Part shown: positions 12,982 through 25,805 of the stretch, one piece after another
How positions within the stretch are numbered: the stretch's first letter is position 1
Layout: every line of letters begins with the position of its first letter
Origin: Podarcis erhardii
Taxonomy: Eukaryota
NCBI GenBank assembly: GCA_964252035.1
Contig: OZ176202.1
Strand: one strand, 5' to 3'
Length of the DNA stretch: 64,000 bases
Made by a program: the position numbers and the translations under genes
Notes under the pieces: generated by a model
What the model saw: only the letters and a program-made list of their open reading frames with translations
Databases searched by the model: none
What the model was told of the DNA's origin: nothing

Positions 12982-12987
12982 TTTAAT
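12982..12987 (-). terminator. KIDINS220: Candidate distal KIDINS220 poly(A) signal ATTAAA
   Basis: ATTAAA on the minus strand at the end of an AU-rich UTR-like block (12900-13700). Confidence 0.35.
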
Positions 12988-13958
12988 CAATACCTGTCAA
13001 TGATACTGGAGGGAACACAATTTGGGGAGGCAAGTATGCTGTTCTGACCATATAGCCATCTTTATATTATGAACTTTTCATAAAGGAAGAAATAAAGTTT
13101 GGCATAGGGCTAAAATCTTTCATAAGAAGTATTTGTTCTGTGAACTGAAAATCTGGGCCATATAATATAGCTAGTGGTGATTCAAAGCAACAATATTCCA
13201 GGAATAGGAAACGTAATATTTTAGTATTTTACAAAATACTGTACATATTATATTAATCATTTAGCAAACATTGGCAAAACATCAATGTTAAATATCAATT
13301 GTGTGCTAACTCAGACCTGGCTTCCTTTCTCCTGTGTTTTTAGAATCTCTCTCTCTCTCTTCAGTCATTATCTTCCTTAGTTTTCCCCTTCCTCATTATG
13401 GGGATATCGACCCCTCTCTATTTTTGTAAATGTTCGTCCTGTAAATACCAATAAAGATGTACAGTACTCAACTCAAAGTTCAGTCATTCTGAAAACACAG
13501 CAGCAGCTTTTATATATCACAATAACAAATCAGTGTATATCCAAGTGAATCCAACTATTTAAACGAAGACACCTAACTCATGCCCAATTATTTCTTGGAC
13601 TATGCCTTTTATGTACAAGTTCCACTAAAATCATTGGATTTTCCTTCCATGTGTTCCCTAATCCACATCACAGAAAGGCTCTGACATGCATAGAGCTCCA
13701 AAGTAGCTGCTGTCCCATTAAGAAAGGAAAAGCTCTTCCCTTTCTCCTTCCTTTGGCTGCATTTGGATGTCACAACAATCCATTGCTTATGATGACAGGA
13801 ACAAGTTTCATATTCTACTGGGCTCTTTCTTCAGCACAGAAGCAAGGAGTTCCAAAACTTTTGCTTCTGTATTTCATCAACCACAGCTTGATAGACTGTT
13901 TTAGCTCAGTAATATGTGGCTGACTACTGTTGGTTTGAAACAAGCCAACTTCAAACTA

Positions 13959-14184
13959 CAGTGGTACCTCGGGTTAAGTACTTAATTCGTTCCAGAGGTC
14001 CATTCTTAACCTGAAACTGTTCTTAACCTGAAACACCACTTTAGCTAATGGGGCCTCCTGCTGCTGCTGTGCCGCCGGAGCACGATTTCTGTTCTTATCC
14101 TGAAGCAAAGTTCTTAACCTGAAGCACTATTTCTGGGTTAGCGGAGTCTGTAACCTGAAGCGTATGTAACCTGAGGTACCACTG
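13959..14184. mobile_element. Tigger/pogo-like MITE (CAGTGGTACCTC family), 226 bp
   Basis: TIRs CAGTGGTACCTC(G/A)GGTTA, TA on both sides; near-identical family copies at 48751 and 58321. Confidence 0.9.
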
Positions 14185-14740
14185 TATCTGTATGGAACTG
14201 GCTTGCTTAAATAAACCAAAGTTAAGATGAACCACAGGTTAGGATTCAGACATTAACATTCAACTGAGATTAATTTAAATTTGAAGCAAAAGCTTCTTAT
14301 CAATGCCCTGTGGCCATGCTGCAGGAGGGTGCAAGTTAGGCTAGTTTCCATCATGATAAACCAGGGTTTATTGTGACCTCTGAACACAGTTGTTGCATGT
14401 ATGTTTCATCGTTCAAGCAAATGGCATTCCTCATTGAACAAATCACCTGCATCTTGCTATGCAGAAAGGAGCCAAGCAATTTTCCATCAGGCTGTTGGGT
14501 CAAACAAATGGTGGAGAATTAGAACTCTTCACAGAGCACCCAACAGTTAACATCTATCCAACTCTGGATAAATGGAGATGCAGATGCTTCATACTTCTAA
14601 GGATAACCTACATTTTTCTTCATCAATTCTCTCGTTATCCAGATAATATTTTTTTTTTTAGAACCAGTCGCCTTAATGCTTCTAATCACCTGAAGACACA
14701 AATAAAAAAAGTCTGACACAAAGAGCATCATGCTTATTAT

Positions 14741-14746
14741 TTTATT
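14741..14746 (-). terminator. KIDINS220: Candidate proximal KIDINS220 poly(A) signal AATAAA
   Basis: AATAAA on the minus strand ~1.2 kb after the stop codon. Confidence 0.5.
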
Positions 14747-15919
14747 GTCCTCTCAATGCTAGCAGAATACACATGGTTCACTGATCGTATTCAAATTCCT
14801 GCATATTTCATCTGCAGAACAAATTACTGACATTACAGGCACAATACTGGAAACAGAAGGGGGGAAATTATGTACCATTTTGTTGCACATTGCCAAATGT
14901 TAGATTATTATTTTTTTACTTACTCTTGAGGGAACGACAATTTCACATTCCTCAGACTTTCTACAATCTGATCAAACCTATTAATCAAAGGCCATGATTT
15001 CTGAAAACTGTAAATATTCATAATAGCTCCAAAGACTACACCCAAACTGGCTTCACCTAACACCATGACCACGACTACTTTGTTCAATTACTTCAATACT
15101 ACTGTGGGCACCATCTACAACAAACAGAGAATTCAGCCTGAAATCCTACACAAAATTGCCTGGAAGTAAGTCCCACTGAAATCAATGGGGCCTACTTCTG
15201 AGTAGACATGTGAAGGATTGTGCTGTTCATCAGTTACGTCCAAATCTCAGCCACAGCTAACATGTCCAACATGCAGTAATCCATTAAAACTACAGTCACA
15301 CACATGGCACATTCCCAAAGACTGCACTGCTTAGAAGGAACAAACAACAGTTGTACTTTGACCACTCTATACCAATACTTAAACCATCAAGACTTTTAAA
15401 AGTGTCACACACAGAATTGGAAAATGCAAATTAACAGTTGTTTCCGTAGTTTCAGGTTCATAACAGTCTGACCCTTCCGCTTCGTTGAATGTGAGACATT
15501 CCTTCCTCCTATTTCTAAACAAATAAGTAGTACTGAACCTTATGATATACAGATAAACTATTCATTTTTGCCTTTGTGAGATCATCCAAATGTTTAAGGC
15601 ATTTCCCTTTTCAGCATGTAGACTAAGGAATTTGTACTTGCACTGGAAAAGTTAAGCTTTTATTTAAGAAGGAAACGCTGGTTTTATTTTGCCTAATTTT
15701 AAGCAAGTGGTTGAATCTCTCCCATTGAAATCTATGGGACTCAAACATGCTGAACTTCAGCAGGATTCTGTCCTTCACTTGCTATGGAAATTCACAGGTG
15801 AAAAAAGGGCAGGGAACCAAGCCTTGTTAAGAGAAGATTTATAGGCCTGGTTGAGAGCCAGCAAGAGGCAGCATGTTTAAAAAGTGTTGAAGCAGCGTAT
15901 GTTTTAGCTTGGCTCTCTT

Positions 15920-17194
15920 TTAAAGAATACTTTCCCTCTCTTCTCCAAAGCCTGCACCATCAGAGCCAGTAACAGTAAGGAGCTCAGAAGAATCTTTTGA
16001 AAGCCTGGCATAACTCGAGCGCTGGCTACGCTTATGGGCCACACCTTTGATGTTATCATTTTGTACCGGAACAGAATTAGGACTCGGTCCGGGGCACAAA
16101 ATGACCTGAGAGTGCTCTCTCATGCTCTCAATCTCCTCAAAATTCTGATTAGCTCGGTTGGTTGGCTGGTTGGCGCTGTTGTTATTCAGCGTGACTGTGC
16201 TGGGTGTTCGGTTTAAGTTGTAGGCTTTCTGGCATGCTGGCCAGTTCTCTTCCGGGCTGCTGGCTATTAAGCTGCTGTCCGAAGGGCTTTTCTTGTCTTC
16301 CGAGCAGATTGACATACGTGCCATGGTTGCGTCTTGAAGGCCGCTCAAGCTGAGGGGGATTCCCCGTTTCCCACTGCGGCCATCGTCTTCAAGCTCAATG
16401 AGATTTGCTTTTTCGAGCTGGGAGTCATCTGTATCGTTGTGGAGAGAGTGGTTTGGAGAACTTTCACTGGATCTTACCCCAGAGTCAGAGGAGTCCTTTT
16501 TGTCGAGAAGAGCATCCGTCAAGTACTCCTTTGCTTTAATCAGGGTTCGAATGGGCTCAGATCCATGTTCTGGAGATTTGGGCTGCTTCTCTGTTTTCCC
16601 TTCGACTTTTCTGTCTTTACCTTCCTTGAGGAGGGGAGTGTTATCAGATTCTTCTGTTCCAGACTCATCTTCATCACTTGGAAGTTTCTGATAGCGCAGA
16701 GCTACACCCTTCAGCTTCAGGTCTGCAGCTTGGAAAATGCTGGTTCTTTCAGAAGATTTCTTCCCTGGGAGAAGTTTGGAGCCAGACTGATCTGATTTTT
16801 CATCTTCTTCCGTGATGGGATCCAATGGAGACGCATCGCTAGTAGACACACCTGATGTACTATAATCTACAACATCATTCCGTTTAATCAAGAAGGACTT
16901 CCTTCCATCGTCTTGCTTTTGCTCAGCATCCTTTCCTTTATCTTGTTCCACACTGGAATGAAGGGAGCCTGTTGATGTGCTCTGGCCCATATAGAAGGCT
17001 GCTGAACTGTGAGGGGAAGATCTACCACTCACCGTGCTAGAACTGGCACCCCCTTCTAATTGTGACATTTGAGCAATATATTCTCTATATGCATCTCTAT
17101 ATTCTGCCTGTACCTTATCAGTAAGCTTTGAAATTTCAATACTAGAATCTTGAGAATTCAGGCTTGAAAGACTTGGCGTCCGACGGGCCTGTGA
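15920..17194 (-). CDS. KIDINS220: KIDINS220 last coding exon (425 codons incl. stop): kinesin-light-chain-binding region and PDZ motif
   Basis: Acceptor TTTGTACAG|; SQARRTPSLSSLNSQDSSIEISKLTDKVQAEYRDAYREYIAQMSQLEGG...GFGEERESIL*, matching the remembered human C-terminus. Confidence 0.99.
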   Translation of the reverse strand, partial: SQARRTPSLSSLNSQDSSIEISKLTDKVQAEYRDAYREYIAQMSQLEGGASSSTVSGRSSPHSSAAFYMGQSTSTGSLHSSVEQDKGKDAEQKQDDGRKSFLIKRNDVVDYSTSGVSTSDASPLDPITEEDEKSDQSGSKLLPGKKSSERTSIFQAADLKLKGVALRYQKLPSDEDESGTEESDNTPLLKEGKDRKVEGKTEKQPKSPEHGSEPIRTLIKAKEYLTDALLDKKDSSDSGVRSSESSPNHSLHNDTDDSQLEKANLIELEDDGRSGKRGIPLSLSGLQDATMARMSICSEDKKSPSDSSLIASSPEENWPACQKAYNLNRTPSTVTLNNNSANQPTNRANQNFEEIESMREHSQVILCPGPSPNSVPVQNDNIKGVAHKRSQRSSYARLSKDSSELLTVTGSDGAGFGEERESIL

Positions 17195-18107
17195 CTGTAC
17201 AAATAGAAAGAAAACACATTAATACAAAGTCAGCAGAGTTGACACCAGTCCTTCAAAACAGAAAAGACATTCACCCCAAGAACACAGTTGTGAACAGAGC
17301 AGTGTAACACTTGGCTCCTTCATAACCAAAGAGGACCAACAGCTCAGTGGTATAGCATACGCCTTGCATATGGTGGGAATACTCAGTGTTGTGGGCATCC
17401 CAACTATTACCTGTGCACAGTACTTTGAGCACTATGTTCACTTAACTATATAAATATTTTTACAGACAACTTGAGATGCATGAATTTCTGCATCTCTTAT
17501 TTCAAGCATCTTATTTACCTGATGCTTAGAATAAAAGGGTGAGAGAATGTATGATTCCTGCCAGGTATACAGGAACACAGAGACATCTATAATGCAACAT
17601 ATTTTTGTCCCTTTCTATAGTGCTGCATGAAAAGGTTCGCTTCAATGAAGGAGGCAACCATAAAAATCTTGCATATACACACACATACCTGCATTTATGC
17701 AAGTGCACACATGCAAGGTGTCTGTTGCAGAAAGCTGGTCTTATACACACACACACACACACACCCCTATTTATGCATTCAGAGTTGCCTCTCCATTGAA
17801 GTGAAAGGGGGAAACAGTGCCAAATAGGAGATTTCTATGTCTCCATCTGGTGTTTTGTAAGTCACTTTGCATATCAAGCAACTGAAACAACAACAACAAC
17901 AACAACAGGACCTGAAAGGGGGTTTATATTTGTAACTCCAGAAAATACATTTAATGAACATAAAATTTAATGAACATAAAATGTGGCATTTCCTCTTCAT
18001 GCCACCACTGCCTGCTGACTTGGGCGAGGGAGGAAGCTATTTGCTCTGTAAAATTGCTAATGTTAAGACAGAATGGGCCGAGATTAAGTCTATGTCAAAG
18101 AGAGTAC

Positions 18108-18353
18108 CTGCCAACTCAGGTTACTATGACGAGGAGGGGCTTCTTCTAAACCAATGGTGTTCAACTCTTCAAAACTGAAGTTGAGAGCGTAGGGGGCTTG
18201 ACCTGGAAGACCAGTCAGTTCAGTATGAGGCAATTCAGTGTTCAGTGCAGGACGACGAGCAAGATCATTATGAGGTATGGCACTGGCGTGTTCATTTGCT
18301 GCCCGGGAATCTTCATGGGCAGCCTGACTCTCAACATTTCTCAAGTCAAGTAC
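18108..18353 (-). CDS. KIDINS220: KIDINS220 exon (VLDLRNVESQ...HSNLSWQ)
   Basis: 246 nt, phase 0-0, AG/GT bounded. Confidence 0.97.
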
Positions 18354-18815
18354 CTAACACAGAAAATGCAGCAATTAGGATGCAGCATGAAAAGCTCTGA
18401 AAAGATAATCTGGTTGAGGTGATTAAAACCTGGATAAACAAGTCAAAGAGTATAAAGCTGCGAAGCACACTTCTGTGAGAAAACCAGGATTTGTGAAAAC
18501 CCTTGAAAAAGTTCTTTGAAATCGCTGAAAAGCTATTCTGGAAAATTGGGAGACCCAGCAGAGCAGGTCGTACTGTAACATAATGAGAAGGGGAAACCTG
18601 AAAACTCTCACTGCATGCATATGAAGACATGTGCGCAAAGGACTCTTTGGAACCTGTACTGTGTTTGTGAACACTTTTCACAAACAAGCTAAGACATACA
18701 CATTTATGCAAGTACACGGTATCAAGATGTTTGCTCCAAAACACCAATCTTATATAATTGTGTGTCGAAACAATGGACCGTTTCTAGTAAGTGGGATAAG
18801 AGCATCACTTTAGTA

Positions 18816-19083
18816 TGGGGTTGGGCAACCTGTGGCACTCCACTTAATTCCAAAAGCTCTCTGCAAGTGATCAGTTCAAGCCTACGGCAAGACTGATCCA
18901 TCCCTTTCCTGGCAGCCCGCGGGGTGGGAAGGCGAAAGAGAAAAAGTAAAAGGGGTAAGTAAAAGCCACTTTTGGCTCTGCCCACCCAATCACGGGCTTC
19001 GGCCCATCAGCTCGGCATGCAGTTCTGACAGATCACCCCCAAAGGAATGTAGCCCTCAACAGAAAAAAGGCTGGCCAACCCTG
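18816..19083. mobile_element. hAT-type non-autonomous element
   Basis: Imperfect TIRs TGGGGTTGGGCAACCT / AGGCTGGCCAACCCTG; 8-bp TSD CTTTAGTA / CTTTAATA. Confidence 0.65.
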
Positions 19084-20294
19084 CTTTAATAAATAACTCC
19101 TTTCTTTCCCCAATGCCTCCTATAAATACTCACCCAGGCTTTCTATGAGTGCACTGACAGGGCTGAAACAGACAACTGTTCAAGGCCGCAAAGCCTTGTA
19201 AAAAGCAAACATTCCTGGCACAGTGCTGCCACTTTATATAAAACACTATGCCAGATACGATGTCAGACATTATTTTGCAGGAAAAGGCCTTAGAGTTAGG
19301 CAAACCAAAACATGTAAAGCCTGCATTTCCATGTATAGTACCTGGTGCTAAACCAAGAGTGAGGAACCTTTCTTTGGCTGAGATCTACAAAGTTTCACGG
19401 CAAACCCTATGGGGAACAGGGATGGGCGATATATTGTGCAAAACCAGTTTGAAGTTGGTATCATGATATGGGTTTCATAATTTTTTACCTGACCATGTAT
19501 CACGAATCACGGTGTGTGTGTGTGTGCTACGCAAAAATCACAATGTGCAAAAACCATGAAGCCAGCCAACGCTTCTCTCGATTCCTGCAGTCCCTGCTAA
19601 CTCTGCTGCCTCAACTCTCCCCTGCCACCTGGAGGGGGCAGCAAATCACAAGAGCAGAAGCCAGCAAAAATCACGATGCAGGAAAAAATGTGAAGCCAGC
19701 TGACATAGCTCCATCCTTACTTCAGACATCATGATATATAGGTATATTACAATGTTTAGTTGCTGATATATCACAATGTTGAAAACCAAATATCACCCAC
19801 CCAAAATGAATGTGGTCAAAGGAAGAACATCTCCCCCATGCAACTTGCTCACACATGCAACACACCCATTCACTCTCTCACATGCAATCTCTCTCAAAAT
19901 AACCTTTTCAGTCTCAGTATTTAGGCTCCTCCAAAAAGCATCTTCCTGGGCAAGAGGAAGGATTTTAAAGCAGAGGATGGGGTTGCAGCCGGAGAGGAAA
20001 GGCTAGCTTTTCACTGCCCCACTGTGCCACATTTAGGCTTCAATAACCCACCAATGGGATCAATAAGAGGATTTTGTGTAGCCTAAATGTGGTATTGGTA
20101 GGTGAAGGGGTTGGGAGCTGATGATGCAGGCTGGGTGGGGAGCATCCAGACTGTGAGCCAGCAATTCCCAGCCCCTGTGCTAATTCCTACTGAAGACAGT
20201 GGGAGTTACTTCCAAGCTAACACGACTAGGATCCAGCCACACAAGCACCGTCAACAAGGCATCTGTATTTACATAAGACTTAAAATTCTCTTAC

Positions 20295-20393
20295 TGCACT
20301 TCTGAAGAGATGCCAGTCGCCAAAATTCATGTTCATCTCTCTCTTCAGTTCATCAATGTTGCACTGTGCTAAAACGCGACCGTTTATATTGGC
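20295..20393 (-). CDS. KIDINS220: KIDINS220 exon, SAM domain C-half ([33 protein letters not shown])
   Basis: 99 nt, phase 0-0, TTTAG| and |GTAAG. Confidence 0.98.
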
Positions 20394-20839
20394 CTAAACA
20401 AATTTTAAAAACACAAAACAGATAAACACACCCTTGCCATCTGTAAATATTTCGTGACCTAAAAAACAACCCCTGAAATTGAATTTCACGTGAAAGTACA
20501 CGGTTAATACGAGTGGGATAGAATAACTGTGCCTTTTGCAAGAAGAAATTTAAACACTTTGATAAAATATGCAAGCCTATAATTTCCACTATGGCATAAA
20601 ACAAATTGTAAGTTTGTAATGTTGAGAAAACAAATCAAATGCATCATATTCCTTAATTACGTATAGGGAATTTGCAGTTTCTGGATTTAAATCTGGCCTT
20701 TTAGAAAGCCTTCTCACAAGGCAGTTTACGAAAATATATTCAACCAACAACAAAAAAGAATGGATAAATAAACATAACAAAAACCAGCCCATCTGAAAAT
20801 ATTTCAAAAAGAAAGTCAAGCAAATGTAGATTTTGAAAC

Positions 20840-21250
20840 TTTTAACAAAATGCCTTTCAAAAAAAATTTAAGCGCTTAAAAGTGTAAGAGGGCAAATTTC
20901 CCCAGGGACAGAATCCCACAAGCAAGGTGGTGCTGCAGAAAAGGCTCCATCTCTGGTTCACATAAAACAAGCATGAGATGACTATCTTAAATGTCTGATA
21001 AGTTCATACTGGCAAAAGCAGTCCTGGGAGTCCAAGGCACTGAGGGTTTTAAAAGTCAAAACCAGCACCTTAAATTGAGCCAAAAATATATCAGTAAACC
21101 AGTGTAACTGGTGTAGAATAGGTATCGCCTGATCCAACCAGCATGCTAATATCAGTATTTTGGCGGCTACATTTTGAACCAATTAAGTTTCCAAGCTGTC
21201 CTTTATGGCAGCCTCATGTAGAAAGCATTGCAAAAATCTGGATGTACCAG
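20840..21250 (-). mobile_element. Degraded L2 LINE fragment
   Basis: ORF 20982-21182 VQNVAAKIL...PILHQLHW...AQFKVLVLTFK is the L2 ORF2 C-terminal motif. Confidence 0.85.
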
Positions 21251-22460
21251 CACATGAATAATTTAAACCAGGTCTGTTTTCCTCAAACAGGGACACAGTT
21301 GGCAAAATCAGCCAAAATAGAAAAAAGATAATCTGAAACGCTGATGCCATCTGAGCCTCTAAGGTTAGTGCTAGGTCCAGGAAAATTCCCCCAGCTGCAA
21401 ATTTGATCCTTCAGAGGAAGTGAGACATGAGTACGTAGGTATTATGGAGGAAGATGGTTACATTTCTTTGTCCGTATCAGTAGAATTTCCCAACTAACAG
21501 CCCTTCAATCTTTTCTAGATTAAGTGTCAACCTGTTTGCCCTCATCCATCCCAGTTTTCAGACACCTGTTCAGAACATCCATGGTACAACAGAGCTTTAG
21601 AGGCTCCTTGTCCAGCTTTCTGCCAGCAGTTTCCTGTTGAGATGCCAGCTAAGTTCTCAAGCCAAGCTCAGGGGTACATAAATTCCCTCTTTGAAAGCAG
21701 AAGTGAACCTTAACAGCCTTGGAGATTTCCATCAGGCTGAGCTAACCCTGTGCCAACTAGGGAATTATTGCAAACAAAGATCCAGCGTGCTAAGAGAACA
21801 TTCAGTGCACTGATTCTTTAGCAGTCAAAAAAACTTTATAAACCTCTTAATTTCAGCTCTATGCAATGTAGTGGATCAGTGTTGCTGTATCACACTGAAT
21901 AGGACTGGGATTAAAAGATGTAGGGTGGAAAAGGGAAGTCAGTGCCACAACCAGGTATTCTTAGGGTAGCACCCTTGATGGATGATATCATCATCATCAT
22001 CATTACTACAATATATATACTGCCTTTCTACAAATAACACCCAAGGTGCCTAACAATGATAATACCACTTAAAATATACAGCAACACAATAAAAAGAAGT
22101 TACTAACAAGATTAACTTCATAGTGATGGTTTGTCATGAACGTGCCTATCTAGGCTGCTTTGTTCCTTCATGCAAATGAACAGAAAACAAACCATAGTCC
22201 TCAGCTTACTTATGAACCAGGGACTGTGGCTTCTCTCTCTCTCTCAAACCAACCGTATTCAGTAAGCCAAGAACACAACTTGTCCTATCACGGTTTGTTT
22301 GCTGTGCTTTCTGCATCACATGCTGGTGTTCAATTGGCAATGAGTTTTGCAAAAAAAGGAAGGGACACTCAATATATGATTGCTGGAGAATGTAGAGCCC
22401 AAATGAAGGTGCCATTTTTAAATGAAAAACGATGTGCCATTTTTAAACGAAGGGACTCAC

Positions 22461-22589
22461 CTTCTTTATAGTTGCAGAGTACTGAGCCAGCATATTCTGG
22501 TCGAGTCCTTCGATCTGTTTCAGCTTCTCGCACACAGCGTCAACCGTCATCGAGCTCAAAGGCACTTGGGGTGCTCCTGAGCCTGTTCC
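22461..22589 (-). CDS. KIDINS220: KIDINS220 exon, SAM domain N-half (GTGSGAPQVPLSSMTVDAVCEKLKQIEGLDQNMLAQYSATIKK)
   Basis: 129 nt, phase 0-0, CGCAG| and |GTGAGT. Confidence 0.97.
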
Positions 22590-23958
22590 CTGCGCAAGGG
22601 AGAAGTACATACATGCAATACGTTCAGAGGCTCATTATGCCTACTGCACATTGCTTTTCTTTGCAGAAGCAAAACGTAACACACATCTGAGTCACAATGG
22701 AAAGGCAACGCCCCCCCCCCAAGAACTGGGAATATTGGTATACTGTCTGGTGCCCCCACCCCATCCCAGTTGAGACACTGTCCTTTCCAGATTAATACTC
22801 CAGTTTTTAAAAAGTGTTTAAAAATTAATAATAATTGCATTGTGTCGTTATAAGCAAGGAGACCCATTAGAAATTTGCTCAAGATGTTCATGGATTTAAA
22901 AGTTAAATAACTTCTGACATAAAGACCAAGGAAACTTGATGACCTCTGCAGTGTACTTATTCTTCACATATACTTTCAGTGCTTGGTTCTTATGAGAGCA
23001 AGGTCTAAGAACCAAGGAAGACGCTCAAAATATCACTCATTATATAAATCTGTCCCAAGGATTCCTGGCACAATAGCATAGTGTCCTTGAACCAGATCTT
23101 AGCTAATGCTAGTTCTAATCAGAGCAGACCCAATGAAATTAATAAACCTGACTAATTTAGGTCAATTTATTTCAATGGGTTTACTCTGAGTAGGACTAAC
23201 ACTGGCTGCAACCCGATGCTTTTTGAATAGCCTGAGCCAATAAAGAGGGGGACATAATGGTATGTCCTCAGTTTTAGACATTTTGTCTTAGGGAGGAATC
23301 CAAGAGGCAGTTGTGCCACATGAGAGCCCTCTATGTGTTTGTGTGTGTTATGTGCAAGGGAAATAAATGCACATTTTGAAAAATTGGTGCTTTAAAACCA
23401 CAAAGGTTACCTGCTAATGGAAGCGTGTCTTTTTTAAAAAAAAATCATGTCCGTCTCCCAAAAAAACGAAGGCTTCTTTAAAAAACTGTAGCATCCTCAC
23501 TCAACTTGTTTAATAAGGAGCTACCTCATCGACGCAGAAACATTCCACTGCTCTGAAAAACTCATAAATACTCTCTTTTTCACATTCAAAAGCCAGGAAA
23601 GCTCACTGTCTAAAGGACCATAATCAAGGACCAGGACAGATAACTGGGGGCCACTGGGTTAGGAAGCCCTGGTGCTAAATAAACATATTTGCAAGAAAGG
23701 ATGCAATTCTCCAAAGTATTTTTGGCACTGAAAGCCCCAGAACAGCAAGCTGCTTCAGGAAGGGCATGAAGTTGCAGCAACAAAGTATTTTAATGCCATT
23801 GTGGGGTATTTGCACTCAGCTCAGCTCACAGGTAGCAGATTCAACTAAGGACCTGTCAAAGCAACTGAAAGCCAAGCCAAACTGTGACAACCGATACATT
23901 ACAGTATTCAGAAAACGTCTGGAAAGCAGACTGCAACCTGTCTGGTGCAAGGTGGAAA

Positions 23959-23998
23959 TATTATTATTATTATTAATAATAATAATAATAATAATAAT
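23959..23998. repeat. (TTA)5(ATA)7 inverted-junction microsatellite
   Basis: Direct reading; 23959-23990 is a perfect 32-bp palindrome. Confidence 0.95.
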
Positions 23999-24854
23999 TT
24001 CTGTTCGCTTAATGCAGTCTTTAAAAGGTTTCCTTGAGTGCTTGAGTCGGGCCCACTACTAACAAAAAACTTGCTACCATAAAACAACCAAAAAATGATT
24101 CTCAGATGCTAGATCTATGCCTCATTTCTGTATAACTTCTACACCAGGATACTGCCCAAAACTGTAATCTTAAAAGACAGTTGGCGTTAAAAAAAAAAAA
24201 GTGATCAGTGGTTGTGTTGCATGTTAAAATGAACAAAGACGTTGGCTTAATAAACCACACTGTGCACAACCGGCATGTTGGTTCCAGGATTGATGGACAG
24301 TCTTAAACCAAGGTTGGTTGTCTGCTTCTTAATCCTGACTTGCTAGGGAGAAAGAAAGAAAACAATGATCCCATGTTTAGATGCCATTCTAATCCTCTCT
24401 ATGGTTCGTATATCCATTCGTGCAAAGGGAAGAACAAAGTGGGCATCGCCAGGCACTATACGGTTTATTAAACCAAGGTTCTTTAGGTTATCATTACACA
24501 TGAGTGTGGCCACTAAGAGAGAGATGTAATTTGGAAAAAAATACAGTCCTCTGTACAAGTTTTTTGAAATATTCCTTCACAAGACTGGCTTCACAGCCTA
24601 ATACACATTACTAATCAATATAACATTGACAAAGTAGTAATTATTTTTCTTTAAGTGATCCCAAAATGGTCAATGAGACCATACATTTCTCAGGATCTAT
24701 TCTATTGTGATCAGATGCAGGGGGAAGAGTTTGTGCCTGCTATTATGGGGGGCGGTGTCCCAGTTTTCAGTGTGCACGCAACACAAAAAAGTCTGCTTGA
24801 ACAGGGAAATTCCTCCCTCCCCACCCACCCCAGCATTGCATGGGACAGGCTTGT

Positions 24855-24908
24855 GTGTGTGTGTGTGTACATATACATATATACATACATACATACATAC
24901 ACATACAC
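24855..24908. repeat. Compound (TG)n/(TA)n/(TACA)n microsatellite
   Basis: Direct reading. Confidence 0.9.
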
Positions 24909-25805
24909 AAAGACTATGGCTGCATGGAGATGGATAACTAGGGCTTTCCATCTTCCTTGGTCAATATGTAGCAGTGGTAGTCATAAGTCTCACTGTGTAG
25001 CCCATATTCACATGCGACAAGTGGCTCTGACAACGTTTTCTTAACAGAAGTCACAATTTTAATAAGGCATAAAGATAATGAATAAAATAGTCCATAAAAA
25101 CTGAAGCAGAATGTTATAGATCACTTCTTACTCAACTCAGTAATTCAAACAATATTAAAAATAACGCCTAAATGCATTAGTTTTATCTATATTATATAAA
25201 TTCTATATACAGTTTTAGTGGGCTTTCCTAACATGTTTAGAATTCAGTTACGATTCCAACTATCCAGTTACCAAACTCAGTATCTGAACTATGTATGAAG
25301 CAGGAAGGAAAGCAGAAAATTGCTAAAATACAAAATGTAGTAATTACTGATGCTGTATTTCAGTGGCAAATAGTCATTTCAGCATGCATTGTAAGCTATT
25401 TTAGGGAAGACTTTTCTTACAAAAATACATAGATTACTGATGTCAATGCATGAATCATATGACAGAGATTCAGTTTAATCTGGAATGCTCCCTATTAAAA
25501 AAGCAGTATTTAAATAATAAGCAGTGCAGGTGCTTTTAGTGATATTTGTCATAAGTGAATTGGAACTGTACTTAAAACCGACATATTTTTTTCCCCCAGT
25601 GGTAGTCTCTTTCATTATAGATGTGGAAAGAACATTAATTCTACTAAATATCTGCCATGCAAAATCCAAAAAGCAGGATGTCAAAGCAATCCTCAAGACT
25701 TGAAAAGTGCATTAGTGCATAAGACAGCCAGCATGAAGTGCTAGTATGGACAATCTACAATGAGAATATAAAAATAAGTGAACAGTTTGCAGAAAGTTGC
25801 TGTAC

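Noticed and set aside
16034-16795. Plus-strand ORFs opposite the last KIDINS220 exon
   Set aside because: Antisense shadows of a long coding exon.
24289-24340. C/D snoRNA-like TGATGG...CTGA
   Set aside because: Imperfect C box, too short, and antisense to the host gene.
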